Shown here: one piece after another, positions 51,479 to 64,000 of the stretch
Position numbering within the stretch: position 1 is the stretch's first letter
Layout of the letters: each line of letters opens with the position of its first letter
The notes under the pieces: generated by a model
Told to the model about the DNA's origin: nothing
Database searches by the model: none
The model's input: only the letters and a program-made list of their open reading frames with translations
From: Pseudovirgaria hyperparasitica
Lineage: Eukaryota
Assembly (NCBI GenBank): GCA_010093815.1
Contig: ML996584.1
DNA length: 64,000 bases
Reading direction: 5' to 3' (one strand)
Program-made: the position numbers and the translations under genes

Positions 51479-54400
51479 CTAGGCCCACATCTCCATGAAC
51501 TTCGCATCAAATTCCTTCTGCAGAGCTGCAAAAGCAGCCAGTACACTCGGAAATCCACGCTCCTCTTCAGTTTCCTCCGGGTCGCCCTTTTTGCTGTTCG
51601 CACCGGAATCATCTCCATCATCATCACTGTCGGCATCCCAGCTATCAGGGGCATCGTCTTCGACGTCACTGACATCGTCGTCCCAGCTATCGGCAACCTT
51701 CTTCTTCTTTTTGGGCGCGGCACTCGCAATAATTTGAGCCATCTCCTCCTTCTTTGCAGCGATTGGGTTCAGCTTCGGTGTGTCGGTAGGATCCGGAACG
51801 TTGGCGATATTCTCTGCTTTATCGTCCACCGCTTCCTCTTTACGATCACCGACGTCGGTGATATCTAGCATATCAAGATCGGCATTGGGAGAAAGCTTTA
51901 GGTAATTTTGGAACGAAGTGACGATCGTTGCTAATATCAACGAGAAGTCTACAAGTCAAGTCAGAATGGAAAAATTATGTTGCTAGTACTTTAATAACCT
52001 TTGAGGAGAAACCAGACTTCGCTCTTGCGGACGCCGTTGGCGCGCTCGAGGTCTTCGGTACTCCCGTGCTTGAAGAAGTCATATAGGTCTATTCAGGGTA
52101 AGCCTTTTGTCATTTTACGTGATGATCATACTCACAGGCATTGAGATGGCCGTCATTCACGGTGATATATGGAATAACAGCTTGCTCAAGAAAGACGCCA
52201 CTGCGAACTGTAGAGCATAAGTCCGGGATCGACTTAACATCTGTCTCTGAGAACCCAGAGAGGGCAACAAAGGGTGAGCTCGAAGATACTGGTGGTAGCG
52301 CGCTGTGGCCCGATCCGCGCTCCGAGGCCGACACATTACCACCAAATTTCATTCCCGTCAGGGGAAGCGCATTGTCGGGAGTGTTTATGAGATGTTGGTT
52401 CACGTAAGTCTGAACATATGCTTTGTAGATAGCAAGTGTTTGCTTGTTGTGGTCCTGTAGATGCTTCGCAGCAACCTCATCCAGGTTAGGCAGAATTACG
52501 ATCGAAGCCGAGCTACCTTTCACAGACTCCCTAATGGATTCGACTCTAGAGGCCGGTAGATGATGTCGTCCGAAGAGATGAGACAGCACAAGCATTAGCT
52601 GTAGCATGATAGTATCACTGTTCTTTGGGAAGTCCTTGCAGACCGAATGGAAGTATCCGGCCTTTAGAAGAGCGTGGAAGGCAAAAGCGGAGTTCTCGGT
52701 GAAGTATAGATTTGAGGCTGTGCCAGCGAAGTTAATAGCTTGGCCAGATTTATCGAGCAGGAAGTTTCGTCTTAGATACTCAATAGAGAAGCGCAAGTGA
52801 TGCAGTACAGTATGTCTCGCTTCGTTTCCACCTAGGTAGATTCGCGGCTGAGATAATATCGAGTTTATCGTATCCTGGGCGAATCTGGAGTCTCCCGAGT
52901 TATGAAGGAGACTGAACAGGCGGAGTACGAGTGTGGTTGTGATTGGGAAGTGGCCATTCAGATCCGGCAGACGTGAGCTTAAGAGGCGACAAACCTTAGG
53001 ATATGGTACAGCCTGGAATATTACATTTCCCAGAAGGTCAAATCCTCGACGACCAGCACGACCAGCTGCTTGACGGAAGTTTAGCGCTGTTAAGTAGATC
53101 GAGTCGCCCGAGAAGACAACAGTCTTACAAGGCATATTGATACCCAAGGCTAAAGTGCCAGTCGCAATGACGACCTGAAGATACCCCGTTCGAAAAAGGA
53201 CTTCACAGATCTGGCGATACTTTCGATTCATACCCGCATGATGGACGCCTATTCCCCGCTCAAGAGCGTCAATGAGCCAAGCCGGGATGTCGCGATAAGC
53301 AAGCTGCTTGCGGTACTTTAGTAATTCTTCTGGATCCACTGCCTTGACTTCTGCAAGATGGAACCCGTCAACCATGCCCTCTGGGTCGAAGAAGTCAAAC
53401 TTGCTTCGCTCCGTTTCGGCCCTATCCCGTTCCATATCGGCTTTAGACAGACCTTCTTCGGTGTCACGCCCTTTCTTAGACTTGGCGGCTATTCTGGGCT
53501 GTTTCGCCTTCGCCTTCATGTGTGCCTCGAATTCGGTGAGTTTTTTCTTCCACGCTGGGCTGGTTTTCTTCCATTTATCCTCTTGTTCCTTCAATGTATC
53601 GAGAAGATGGTGAGCCACAGCCTCGCACTGGCCTCGGTCGTAATTGAAGAAGAGAGCCGGTAGTGCATCGTTTTCGCGCAAAGTGCATATGAGTGGTAAA
53701 GTGGAGGATATAACGTTGTTTGGGTCGATCTTGGTGAGAGTGCTCTGGGTATCGGGGCCCTGAGAAATTTGTACCTCGGGTGACTTAACACTCTCAACCG
53801 AGCGATCTAACTCTCGCAATACCTTGTCAAATGGCGACTCATTATCATCTATCCACTTCTTCAGTAAGCCCTTCAATTTGACTTCCCATTCAATAATGTC
53901 CGCCTTACGAACGTAAGACGGAAGGGCGTTCACAGGATCCAGTTCAGAAGATACTGGGTATTCCGAGTTTGCAAATTTGGACATAGCTTTCCAAAGAAAC
54001 CAGCAATCTCTTGCCTCAAGAGTCAAATCACTTGGCATGCCGCGTGACCTGTTGACGATGCTAGAAATAGGATGCATGTATGCGAGGCCCCGAGCTCCAT
54101 CAAGGCCTAGAGGAGATATCGTGACCAGCGGCTTCTCTTCAAACCCTCTAAAGTCAAACTGCTGTGGTGCATTGTAGATGTATTTTCTAAGATCGGAATA
54201 GCGGTGGCGATGTTCAATGTATGCAACTTCTCGTTTGTTGGCATCCTGTGTGGATTGTAACCAACCGTGAAATTCCTTCGGGTTTCCCACCGTGGCGGAG
54301 AGGGCAATAATGGGACAGGGAGCCATGAGCAGGAGTTGTTCCCAAACGATGCCGTCCTCTGCTTGCCCAATACAGTGCACTTCGTCGAAAATTATGCTCT

Positions 54401-57099
54401 TTACTCGTTGAGACCAACCTTTAGCGTTGGAAGGCGCGAGAAGCATTATCTGGAGTATATGTGGTACGGTGACCAGTACCTGACAGCCTGTTGGGTTGTT
54501 GATACGATGGTCTCGCGTATGAATAGCCCAAACTGATTTTCCACCTGCGTGCTTGAACGAAGATTTCTTGAATCTTGCAACCACTTCTGCAGCGATCTGA
54601 TTCACCAGTGCTTTAGTAGGGGCAACATAAACCAGCACGCCATCGTCGTCCTCTTCGAGGACTTGCTTCATAGCATAGAATGAGATAAAGGTCTTCCCGG
54701 CACTCGTCGGGGCTACTACTAGCAGACTTTTTCTCTCATCAATGGCGTCTAGAACACGACGTTGCCACTCATCAGGCTCGAAATCCTGTACTCTGTCATC
54801 TGGTGCAGATCCCATATTACGGTCAAGGTAAGGACCTGTGTGCATCAGTTGGAATTCTGTCGCACCTAGCCCAAGCTTGGATTCCGAGTTTATGTTATGC
54901 GTGGAGAGAAACCCGGTCTTTGCTTTGTTCTGAGACTCCATTTTTAGCTTGGCCAGTCCCAGGTCGGCCAGTCCAAGAACTTGTGATATTGCGGACACAA
55001 ACTCAATGATGTCTTCTGTGATGCCTTGCTTAACTTTGGACAGTAGCCCGAAGTTGTTGTATATTAACGCAGCCACTGATAGGCGGTCGTTCTCCTTACC
55101 TGCCTTGCACAGGTCCACGTAGATTTGCCAGAGGCATTGGATTTGATAGGCACGGATACTGGCTTCAACAACAGGTCGCTGATCCTTTGGGCGGGTAGCT
55201 AGATATTTTCCGGCTTTCAAGTATCGACTTGTGAGGCTCGGATCGTGGGCAAGCTCCTGGCGCTTGGTCTCCCAATTTGCGAACAGTCTCGCTTGGCTCT
55301 TTTCGATACTCTGTTGGTGTGCCGCGGCCGCATCTGCTCGTACTGTGTTCTTCGAAACCGCCCCCATTTTACCTGGTGTTTGACGAGATTCGGGTTTATT
55401 TGCTTTCTTGGGGACCTTTTCGCCTGCCTTGACGAACACTGTCTCAGGCTCCAGACGTCCACCTGCCGAATTGGTCAAGCTGGCTGCGTATGACTGAATT
55501 TCGGCCATGAACAGTTGATTCCTGCGCAGGGCACGTTGCTTTTGTCGTTCTGTCTGCTCCGCAACGAGTTTTACGTTCATGGGCACTTTGCTATTATGCC
55601 AATGGCTTAATTCCTTAAATATACGATCCGAAACACTAGGCGAAGCTTCTGACTGCGCGGTATCCGCGACAATACTGACAGGCTTCAGATGAGGGTCGAA
55701 CACAGCGTTGTAGAAAGGGAGGACGCCGGCGATTGCGCCATGATCTTTTCGGGCTCTCTGAGGTGCAACGGCGCCTGTAGTCAGGTGTCAGTAGATATAA
55801 GATAAATTAGGCAAAGCATACCACTACCTTTCCCAGCTGTTGAAACTTCGAGGAGTTGAATTCTATTCAATTTCTTGCAAAAGGTTCTATAACATGTCTC
55901 GATGGTACTACCGACGTCGACTTTACTTGAAGCATTCTTGAAGAGCTCAGTCGCCTCATTGAAGATGCGACCGTCAAATAGGTCTGCAATATCTGCCTTT
56001 GGCGACGTTTCACTCACCCATGATTTCCAACCTGAAGATCCAAGCAGGGTCACGGCATGAGAACAAAAGACAGCAAGAAAGTCTTCGGCTTCTTTGGTAG
56101 GCTTTACAGACTTGGTTTGCCTATCTTGTAGCCTCAGATTCTCTAATAGGACTGTATGTAACACTGTAGCGGATATGAGGTCGGCCTGTTTCCCGACAGC
56201 ATCATTCTGCACCATGTGGGAAATGATGGCTAGCGTGAGTAGGCGGCGTTGAGAAACTGGTGATTCTTCCTCAGTTGCACTCAATGGTCCAAGAAGCCGT
56301 GTGAGAGTAGTTGGATCAACTTCAGTGCCGTTATTCTTAGGCGCTGGTTCTCTATCACTGTTGTAGGCTATGTCGTTAACATTGTCATTAGCTCTACCTT
56401 CTACTACCATTGCCATGACCTTAAGATAATTAGCAAAGGCTAGGACCTTGCTTGACATATACTGACTTTCGTATCCCTGAATTCTAAGCCATTAACAAGT
56501 GCTATGTTATAGCCGTTCTGCGTTAATCGCATAATCATTGAGCGCATGATATATGCTGAGCTAGTAGGAGCATCTGCTCCATCGTGACACATAAAGAAAT
56601 ATGCACCTGTAGCTTCCAAGTATTGCTCGAAAGCACGGGAGCGAACAGATTCAAATCGATGTAATTCGATTTCAGAGCCGCTCGCGGGAGAGTTCCGAGC
56701 GAGATGCTGGATGATAACCTCTCGTGCAAGTTGATACTTGTGACAATCGGACGACGCACAATTGACTGGTACACACGTTGACGCTTGGTCGTTGAAAAAC
56801 ACAACATGGAAGTGACATTTTCTTTGAGAAAGAGATCGCAAGAACTTCTCGACAAGATGTACGGCGTGAAGAAGCTGGAAACCTGGAGAGAAGTCCAACT
56901 TATCGTTCCTGAAAGCCTCCAGTAAAAGCGAGTCGCCGTCTACAACGAAAAACTCTTCTCCGGCGTAATCACCTACCAGATCGACCGTTCGTGAATAAAG
57001 CTTGCGATACCTGCAGGGTGTAAGTAAAGAACGATACTGTGCCCAGTGCTGGGGACCGTACCATGCTGATACGGCAGCTTTCTTGTCGCCATCGGCCAT
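51479..57099 (-). CDS. Large Ski2-like DExH-box RNA helicase, DDX60-like
   Basis: Motifs VAPTSAGKTF, YVAPTKALVNQ, IIFDEVH, ALSAT, RGIGVHHAG, ATGTLALGINMP, QAAGRAGRRGFD. N-terminal DLVGDYAG..F.VDGDSLL and C-terminal LYDFFKHG..VWF.L.DF are typical of the DDX60 family. About 6 exons. Confidence 0.9.
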
Positions 57100-57862
57100 G
57101 ATTGCAACTCCAGGCGTGAGCTAGACAACACGTAGCTCAGAAATAGCGAGAGTTGCCAGGTGAAAGGTATGCAGGGTAGGCAGAGTGGATAAGACTCAGG
57201 ATCCTACTTTTCAGGTGGGACTGCTACGTTTGATGATCCGAGCTCTTCTTGTTCTATATTGAGGCTAGATGGCAATCGTCACATTCAGATATGCAACATG
57301 CTGGAGGGGTCGACAGGGTCCAAGTGTCAAACGATGGTGCCCTAGGAACAAATAAGCAAACTATGTGTGGGAAGATTTAGTTTCTGTATGAAAGTGAAAG
57401 GATCACGGGATCGACGCGTCATAACGTCTTTTCGCAGTGTGCGGCTCTTTGCTAAACGCCCCGTAGTTACCCCGTCGAAGCGAAAGACGGGCGTCTTATG
57501 GGACACGTCAGAAATCATGGTGATGGATTGCAGAAAGTCTCTATGGATTACTTCGTGATGTCAGCGACATTATAGAAGCAGAAGAAACTCTTCATCTTCA
57601 CGTTGACGTTGGCCGATGGAAACGCGTCGCGGAATGCGAATTACTGTTAAGACTAATTACGTTAATCGCGCTATCCCTAATACAGAAAGCCTCATACCCC
57701 TGGCCTTGCAAAGGATTTGCAAGTATAGTAAGTAATTACATAGTAGTGTATTAATTAGTGCGAACAAACAGAAATCTTATAGCTAATACTGCATTTACAG
57801 CGTGGACGTACAACAGACTTCCTATAACTTCATCGCTAGCCTGCTGACCTGCACGCTTTGCT

Positions 57863-58471
57863 CTAGGAGCTGACACCCACACAAGCCCAGTACCCAGCAT
57901 CAAATCCTGAGCCATCAGCCTTGATGTACTTGTTCCATGCAAACATATCGTTAAGTGTAACGCCCGCATCCACCGAGACATCATACGCGGTCTGTCCTGC
58001 ACCAATAAAGTAGAAGCGTTCGCACTCATCCACAACCTCCAACAACCATGGGACAGGGTAAGCAGTCAACGCAACCTCCGTAGTATTAACAATCGACTTG
58101 TCAGGGTATTGAGTCTCTCCCTCAAATTCGTACCAGGGGGTGTTGATGCAGTACGGCATAAATTCTTGCAATCGGGCATAGGGCCCGATTTCAGGGTTCC
58201 AGTAGCGGAGAATCGACGCGCTAAAATTGCCGAACTTCGCGGCGACCTGGGTCACAGTGTCGTCCTGCTCAGCTTTGTATGTGGTCGCGCAGTCAGATGG
58301 CCTGCAAATTGTGCGAGTACCTGTGCTGGGAGAGGTGTATTCAGTGCAATTGGATGGGAGAGCTGGGCCGGTGTCGCGGCGTTCAAAAGAGGACTTTGGG
58401 ACTATCGAGGGGAAGGCGGTGGTCATGCTGGAGAAGACTGCAAGCGCAGTGAATAAATGAGAGGCAATCAT
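57863..58471 (-). CDS. Secreted LysM-domain protein (two fungal-type LysM repeats)
   Basis: Signal peptide, RR propeptide site, CATTYKAEQDDT..RYWNPEIG..YCI and CERFYFIGAGQT..FAWNKYI..GYWACVG. Intronless, 202 aa. Confidence 0.85.
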   Translation of the reverse strand: MIASHLFTALAVFSSMTTAFPSIVPKSSFERRDTGPALPSNCTEYTSPSTGTRTICRPSDCATTYKAEQDDTVTQVAAKFGNFSASILRYWNPEIGPYARLQEFMPYCINTPWYEFEGETQYPDKSIVNTTEVALTAYPVPWLLEVVDECERFYFIGAGQTAYDVSVDAGVTLNDMFAWNKYIKADGSGFDAGYWACVGVSS

Positions 58472-59511
58472 CCTGATCGATGTTTTATGTCGAAACGAAT
58501 GACTTTTAGGTGTCGAAAGCGAGTGACTTAGAGTGAGGAAAGCTGCTTGTTGAAAGCTGCAAGCCCGACTGAAGAGGTCACAAACTTATATAGAACATCC
58601 TTACATAGGCGGCAAAAATGCAAATCTCGCATGTCATTATCACGTACTAGGCCTCAACTCCTGGATATATTCCCACATGTTGAATCTGGTTAAAGCCAAC
58701 AATTACAAGACAGGTCAGGCAGATTTCGATCAAAGTCTCGGCCCTAGTCCCACCTTAACCGAAACCTCGCCCGATTCAGGATGATGACTACACCTTAATA
58801 TTGACATGTAGGATTGACTGTATTTGATGTGAATTGGCGGATCCTTCCAATCTCTAGAATGAACGTGAGAGGTGAAGGATACGGAGGATACAGTTGGACA
58901 CTAGCTTATTCTTTGCCGGAGTCATAGTCGAAAGGAGTAGAATGGCCGAGTCAGCCTGACCATCGGCTGAAGTCGATGGGGGTATTTGTGTAGGCTGCAT
59001 GGATTTATTATCAAAGGCACTATGTGACTCTGGTCAGCCTCACGGAAGCCTGCGGATTGTCACTGGTTTGGTAATCTAAAACGACGGTTGTAGTCGGTAC
59101 GTGCAACCGAAGAGACTGTTGTATCCTCACCTAGTGTAGCTAACATAAGTCTTTGCCCCTGGAGAAGTCATGGAATACCGTACTGAACACAACCAAACTA
59201 TGTACTCATAGCTACAGGAACTTTTGCAGCTAGAATCCAACATGACTGTGATTTAATGTTCACATTTGAAGATGTTGGTGCTACTGTTTAGTTCGTGGGG
59301 TTACCCAAAATGATTAACATGGCACTAAAGACACCAGAAATCAAATTAACACTGCGAATGTGCCACTGTTGCTATACCGAATCGCCCATCTCCAGAGAAA
59401 AGAATTGTTAAAAAAAAGTCATATCGCACCGTGAGCTGTCTATACCTTGACAGCCCTTGCGACCCAATCTATGACCGTACTTTTGCCATTACTATTCGAC
59501 CTACACTTTCG

Positions 59512-59644
59512 ATTGCTCTTCGCGCACTGCTCCGTGTCACGGAGTCGATCTCGTGTTTGGAGGCTATAACATTGCTCTTCGCGCACTGCTCCGTGTCACG
59601 GAGTCGATCTCGTGTTTGGAGGCTATAACATTGCTCATCGCGCA
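59512..59644 (+). repeat. Perfect 59-bp tandem duplication plus a partial third copy
   Basis: ATTGCTCTTCGCGCACTGCTCCGTGTCACGGAGTCGATCTCGTGTTTGGAGGCTATAAC at 59512 and 59571; ATTGCTCATCGCGCA at 59630. Confidence 0.95.
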
Positions 59645-59991
59645 TATCACAGAGCAGACAAAACTCATAAAGCGGACTGCATACGACATGCACGTTCCGG
59701 CGTAGTAAGCGTCCACTTGAACTTGACTTGTGTGTTGTAAGAAGGCGCATATCCGCAGAGTCTTGTTCTTTCTTTAAGCTTTCACAGTTGCAAAGTCTGC
59801 TCCAGGGACAAGAGGTGATATCAGCTGCTGGATTGTTGGCAATGCGGAAGGATCTACTTCTTTATGGCTGGTAATGCTGCCTAGTGTAAATCGTCCTGCA
59901 TTCAATAGCTAAGAGACTGAAGACGTGACATGTCGACGTTTGATTAGGTGTAAGACAGGCATTGTGCTGATATTCGGCGGTATATATAGAT

Positions 59992-62010
59992 TTAAAACCC
60001 TAGAAGCTATTAGTCTGCATGTCTACCACGGGACAATCCATGATACAACTTACCGGCTTCAGTATTTCCCTCTCCCATACTCTTATTCCCTGAGCTGCCG
60101 CTTTGGATGGAACCCAAGATTCCGTCGATATACTTGGCTCCGCTCCAGGCTTGATGCGTCAGAACATCACAGCCTAACTCCTTTTCTCTTCTTTGCACAA
60201 GCTTAACATATGCAAGCATACCATCGTCCTTGAAGGCCTTCGACAGCTCATTCGTTATCGTTGCAGTGCTATGCAAGCCAGCAAGGGAGATTAGCTGGAG
60301 CACAAACCTGCAATGTGTTAGCAGGCGATATTGCTTGTTCACATGAGAACCTACCCATGCTTAGCAAGATCCCAAATGAAGCTCTTCAGAGCCTCTTCTG
60401 AGAATCCTTGGCCCATCCAGTTGAAGCTTGGACTCAAATTGTAAACAAGTTTCTTGTCTGGATAGGCGGCTCGAATTTCGCCCGCAAATCCAGCGGCCTT
60501 CTCAACGCTAGGGTCAGCAGTCTCTAGCCAGCAAAGATCCGCATACGGAGCAAATTCGATTGCACGCTTAGTTGCGGCAGCGATGCCTGCACGGTAATGA
60601 TAAAAGCCTTCTCGTGTTCGTGGAATATCGCACGACCATACAATCGGCGCCTTTGCATAGCCTTGGGCGATCTGTCGGCGTTTCGTCAATGACAAGTTGG
60701 GGTCTTTCTTTACGACTGCGTTGTAGGAATCGAGTGAGCTCTTGGAGGCACCTTCATTCTGGAGGTGCTGCGCGACCGCTGTAGGTATATTAGCCGCATT
60801 ACTCTTGCATATATCAAGGCTGCCAACTCACCCTCGTCGAACGTTACAAGCTTGTGCTTCTTGACCCAGGCGGCCTCAAATTTGTCAATCTCAGCACCGG
60901 CCGCACCATCGAGCTCCATTGCCTGCAGCGTTTCTGCCAACGGCTCGGTGTCCTCAGTCACACCAAGAATGAATTCGTGATCACGGACATCGATGGCACT
61001 GCTTAAGAGCTTTCCACTCTCTGAATCAGTCCTAGCGATTACCAGGTTCTCACATCCCATGAGATCCCATTGAAACCGCGCTGCCACTAGGCGATTTATG
61101 TGATCCCCAACAGGCACCAGAACCTTTCCCGCAAGATGGCCGCACTTCTTTCCGCCATGCAGTTGGTCCTCGAAATGAACGGCAGCAGCTCCGTTCTCTG
61201 CGAAGAGTCTGGCGAGCTTTAGTACCGCCGAAAGACCTCCATGTCCTGTGTCTCCGTCCGCAATGATGGGTCTCAGGTAGTCAATGTAGGGCGTCTTCGC
61301 TCTTTCCTCGGGTGACAGCCTTCTCCTATTGTCCCAATTCTTCCTATCGTGCATCTGCTGCGCTTTGAACAACCTCTGCACCTGGTTAGGAACAGTGTTG
61401 TATGGATAATCGCCAAAGTCGGGCGAGACTTCGTTTGTACTGGTCAGGAGCGAGGAACAGGCCCAACCACTGATGTATAGGACCTCTTGATTCGGAGCTT
61501 GCTGGGTCATTTGTACGGGGTCAATCGCACCCACTTGAAACAAAACAGTCAGCATGCCACGTTGTGTTTTGGTATCGAAGGAAGAGACCCACTTGTATGT
61601 ACTGGTTTGCCTTCAGCAGCACGTTCCTCAAACAGGTTGAACAGCTTCCTTGCCATCAAGGAGCTTGGGTATGTTTGTTGGAGTGCGCCTCTCTTACTGA
61701 CCACATCTTCTGCAGAATATGGTCTCTTAATTCCCTTGTAGCGCGGAGATGCCCACCAGCTCTTGACTTGTTGCACTTGCTCCTCGAAGAGCGCATCCTC
61801 GGCAGATCCGACTTTTGAAGCTTCAGGAAGCAATTGATATGAGTCGGCGGGTAAACGATCTGACAATGGCGGCTCAGCCGACTTGAGAACGGACGGTGAC
61901 ATGCGCAGTAGCGAAGTTGATATAGGACGTATGGAGGGGACTCTCTGTGTAGGTGCAGGTCTTGTATTACGGCTTTGCCGTGCAGCGCAGCGGAGGCCTG
62001 TTCTCAGCAT
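59992..62010 (-). CDS. ICL2: Mitochondrial 2-methylisocitrate lyase (mclA orthologue)
   Basis: ICL-family motifs with the MCL-type variants [25 protein letters not shown] and HQAWSGA. Arg/Ser-rich mitochondrial presequence. About 5 exons, the last encoding GF*. Confidence 0.93.
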
Positions 62011-62383
62011 TGCGTCTGCCAGAAGGACTGGAATATACGATCTCGATGTAGTCTAGAACGTCACATTCGTAGAGAGAGCTCTTGATTATGTTGAAGGTGG
62101 CGTGGCCTGGAGATACACGCGTAGAGGACAGTAGCTCTGAAGACTGTGGGTTCGTAGAATGATGGACCTGAATAATGGCCGAAACCGCTTGATAATTGCA
62201 CCTCTTAATTAGCTGCCCTGGTAGCTATCCATGTGCCACTACCACTCTGCCTATTCCCGCCGCTCAGTGGTAACAGCCGACGTGGGGTCGAAGCACGAGC
62301 TCCCGCTGGCCGGCGAATCCATCAAACCATCCATGAATCCATTTTCATCTGATCCGTTGAGTGCATACATAATTAGTTTGTAG

Positions 62384-62399
62384 CCGAGGAAGGCCGAGG
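62384..62399. promoter_or_regulatory. Two CCGAGG (CCTCGG) motifs in the bidirectional mcl/mcs promoter
   Basis: CCGAGG at 62384-62389 and 62394-62399; SYGGRG-type GTGGGG at 62282-62287. Confidence 0.45.
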
Positions 62400-62682
62400 C
62401 CAGCCGCCAGCCGGAGCCGCGCCAAACACAGGCCTTCCCTGCAGCCGACATCATAATTCATCCATTGATGTACTGCTGTAATAGTGCAGGTGCTACTCTT
62501 CCGATGGTTAAGCTACCGTAGTCCTGCTCGATTGCTGAACACTGAACATTCCTCCAACCCAGCTTCATAACAGCACCTTCATTGTGCTTGATTGATCTCT
62601 TCAACTTCGAACTTTTCTCAGATCGGACCAATTGAAGCTTCCTTCATAGCTCTGTCTGCTGCCCCGCTCCCCCACACTCGTC

Positions 62683-64000
62683 ATGGCGTTGAACGGTCGT
62701 ACAGCTTCGCGTACGCTGCGAACCTTACGGGTAAGCTGCATGCTATCCATCCACCAGCTGGGATAGCTCCAAGGAACTCAGCTGATTTACATGTAGATTT
62801 CACAATTGCGTCCCTTTGCTGCTGGTGAGCACCGCTGTACTACCTACCTCAGACAGTTGCCTGACCAGCTCTTCAGTACAAACATGCAGCTACTCATCCT
62901 CCTCCGAAGAAACCCTCAAGGACGCACTCAAGCGAGTGATTCCGGAGAAGCGTGAGCTCCTAAAGAAGGTCAAGGCACACTCCGACAAAAAGATTGGCGA
63001 AGTTAAGGTCGAAAACACCTTGGGTGGCATGAGGTAAGCTAGCCAGTGTGCAAGTGGGCGCGAAGCTGCTAAGCTAGGAAACAGGGGTCTAAAGGGAATG
63101 GTTTGGGAGGGATCTGTCCTCGACGCGAATGAGGGTATCCGGTTCCATGGCCGTACTATCAAGGACTGTCAGCAAGAATTGCCCAAGGGCACTTCGGGTA
63201 CTGAGATGCTGCCTGAGTCCATGTTTTGGCTCCTCCTCACTGGAGAAGTGCCTTCCACTTCTCAGGTCCGAGCCTTCTCGAGGGAGCTTGCAGAGAAGGC
63301 ACAGATCCCAGCATTTGTTTCCAAGATGCTCGATGACTTCCCGACGGATCTTCACCCCATGACACAATTCGCTTGTGCTGTCTCGGCCCTGAACTATGAG
63401 TCTAAGTTCGCCAAGGCATACGAGAAGGGTATGAACAAAGCCGACTATTGGGAGCCGACATTCGATGACAGCATCAACCTTCTGGCCAAACTGCCCACAA
63501 TCGCCGCCAAGATCTATCAGAACGCATACCGTGGCGGTGGTGCCCTGCCCAACGAGGTCGATCTCGACCAAGATTGGTCTTATAACTTTGCGGCCATGCT
63601 TGGCAAACCTGGCAAGGAGAACGAAGGTTTCCAGGACCTCCTCCGCCTGTACCTTGCTCTTCATGGGGATCATGAGGGTGGCAATGTCTCCGCACATGCC
63701 ACTCACTTGGTTGGTAGCGCTCTGAGTGACCCATATCTGAGCTACAGTGCTGGCCTTCAAGGTCTCGCTGGTCCTCTACACGGCCTAGCTGCACAGGAGG
63801 TCTTGCGTTTCATCCTACAAATGCAAGAGACTGTAGGAAAGAACTTCACTCATGAAAATGTCAAGGACTACCTGTGGAGTCTTCTCAAGTCTGGCCGTGT
63901 CATTCCAGGCTATGGCCACGCTGTACTCAGAAAACCCGATCCTCGTTTCCAGGCTCTTATTGACTTTGCTGATGCTCGTCCTGAGATCGCAAAGGACCCT
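62683..64000 (+). CDS. mcsA: 2-methylcitrate synthase (mitochondrial citrate synthase family); truncated by the window end
   Basis: [79 protein letters not shown]. Divergent from methylisocitrate lyase; three short 5' introns. Confidence 0.88.

Overview
Gene-dense, intron-containing genomic DNA from a filamentous ascomycete (probably a Dothideomycete; this is a guess from protein style, not established). It holds about 19 protein-coding genes and one pseudogene. The left end carries both glyoxylate-cycle genes (isocitrate lyase, malate synthase) either side of a Rab escort protein gene whose intron hosts a box C/D snoRNA. The right end carries the divergent methylcitrate-cycle pair (2-methylisocitrate lyase, methylcitrate synthase). 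Between them lie a SAM methyltransferase, TYW3, a TIR/TSD-bounded non-autonomous DNA transposon with RIP-like mutated internal repeats, and a DUF2461 gene with long structured introns. A ~16 kb microsatellite-rich gene desert surrounds one Zn2Cys6 transcription factor. Further on are a MetE-like gene, the RID/Masc1-type cytosine methyltransferase, ADE4, AlaX, NAC-beta (EGD1), an RBR E3 ligase, three secreted effector-like genes and a DDX60-like helicase. The most striking observation is that EGD1 appears to need a single-nucleotide exon (G at 44437) to stay in frame. All family assignments come from motif recognition by eye, not database searches, and exon boundaries are predictions from splice signals and frame continuity.
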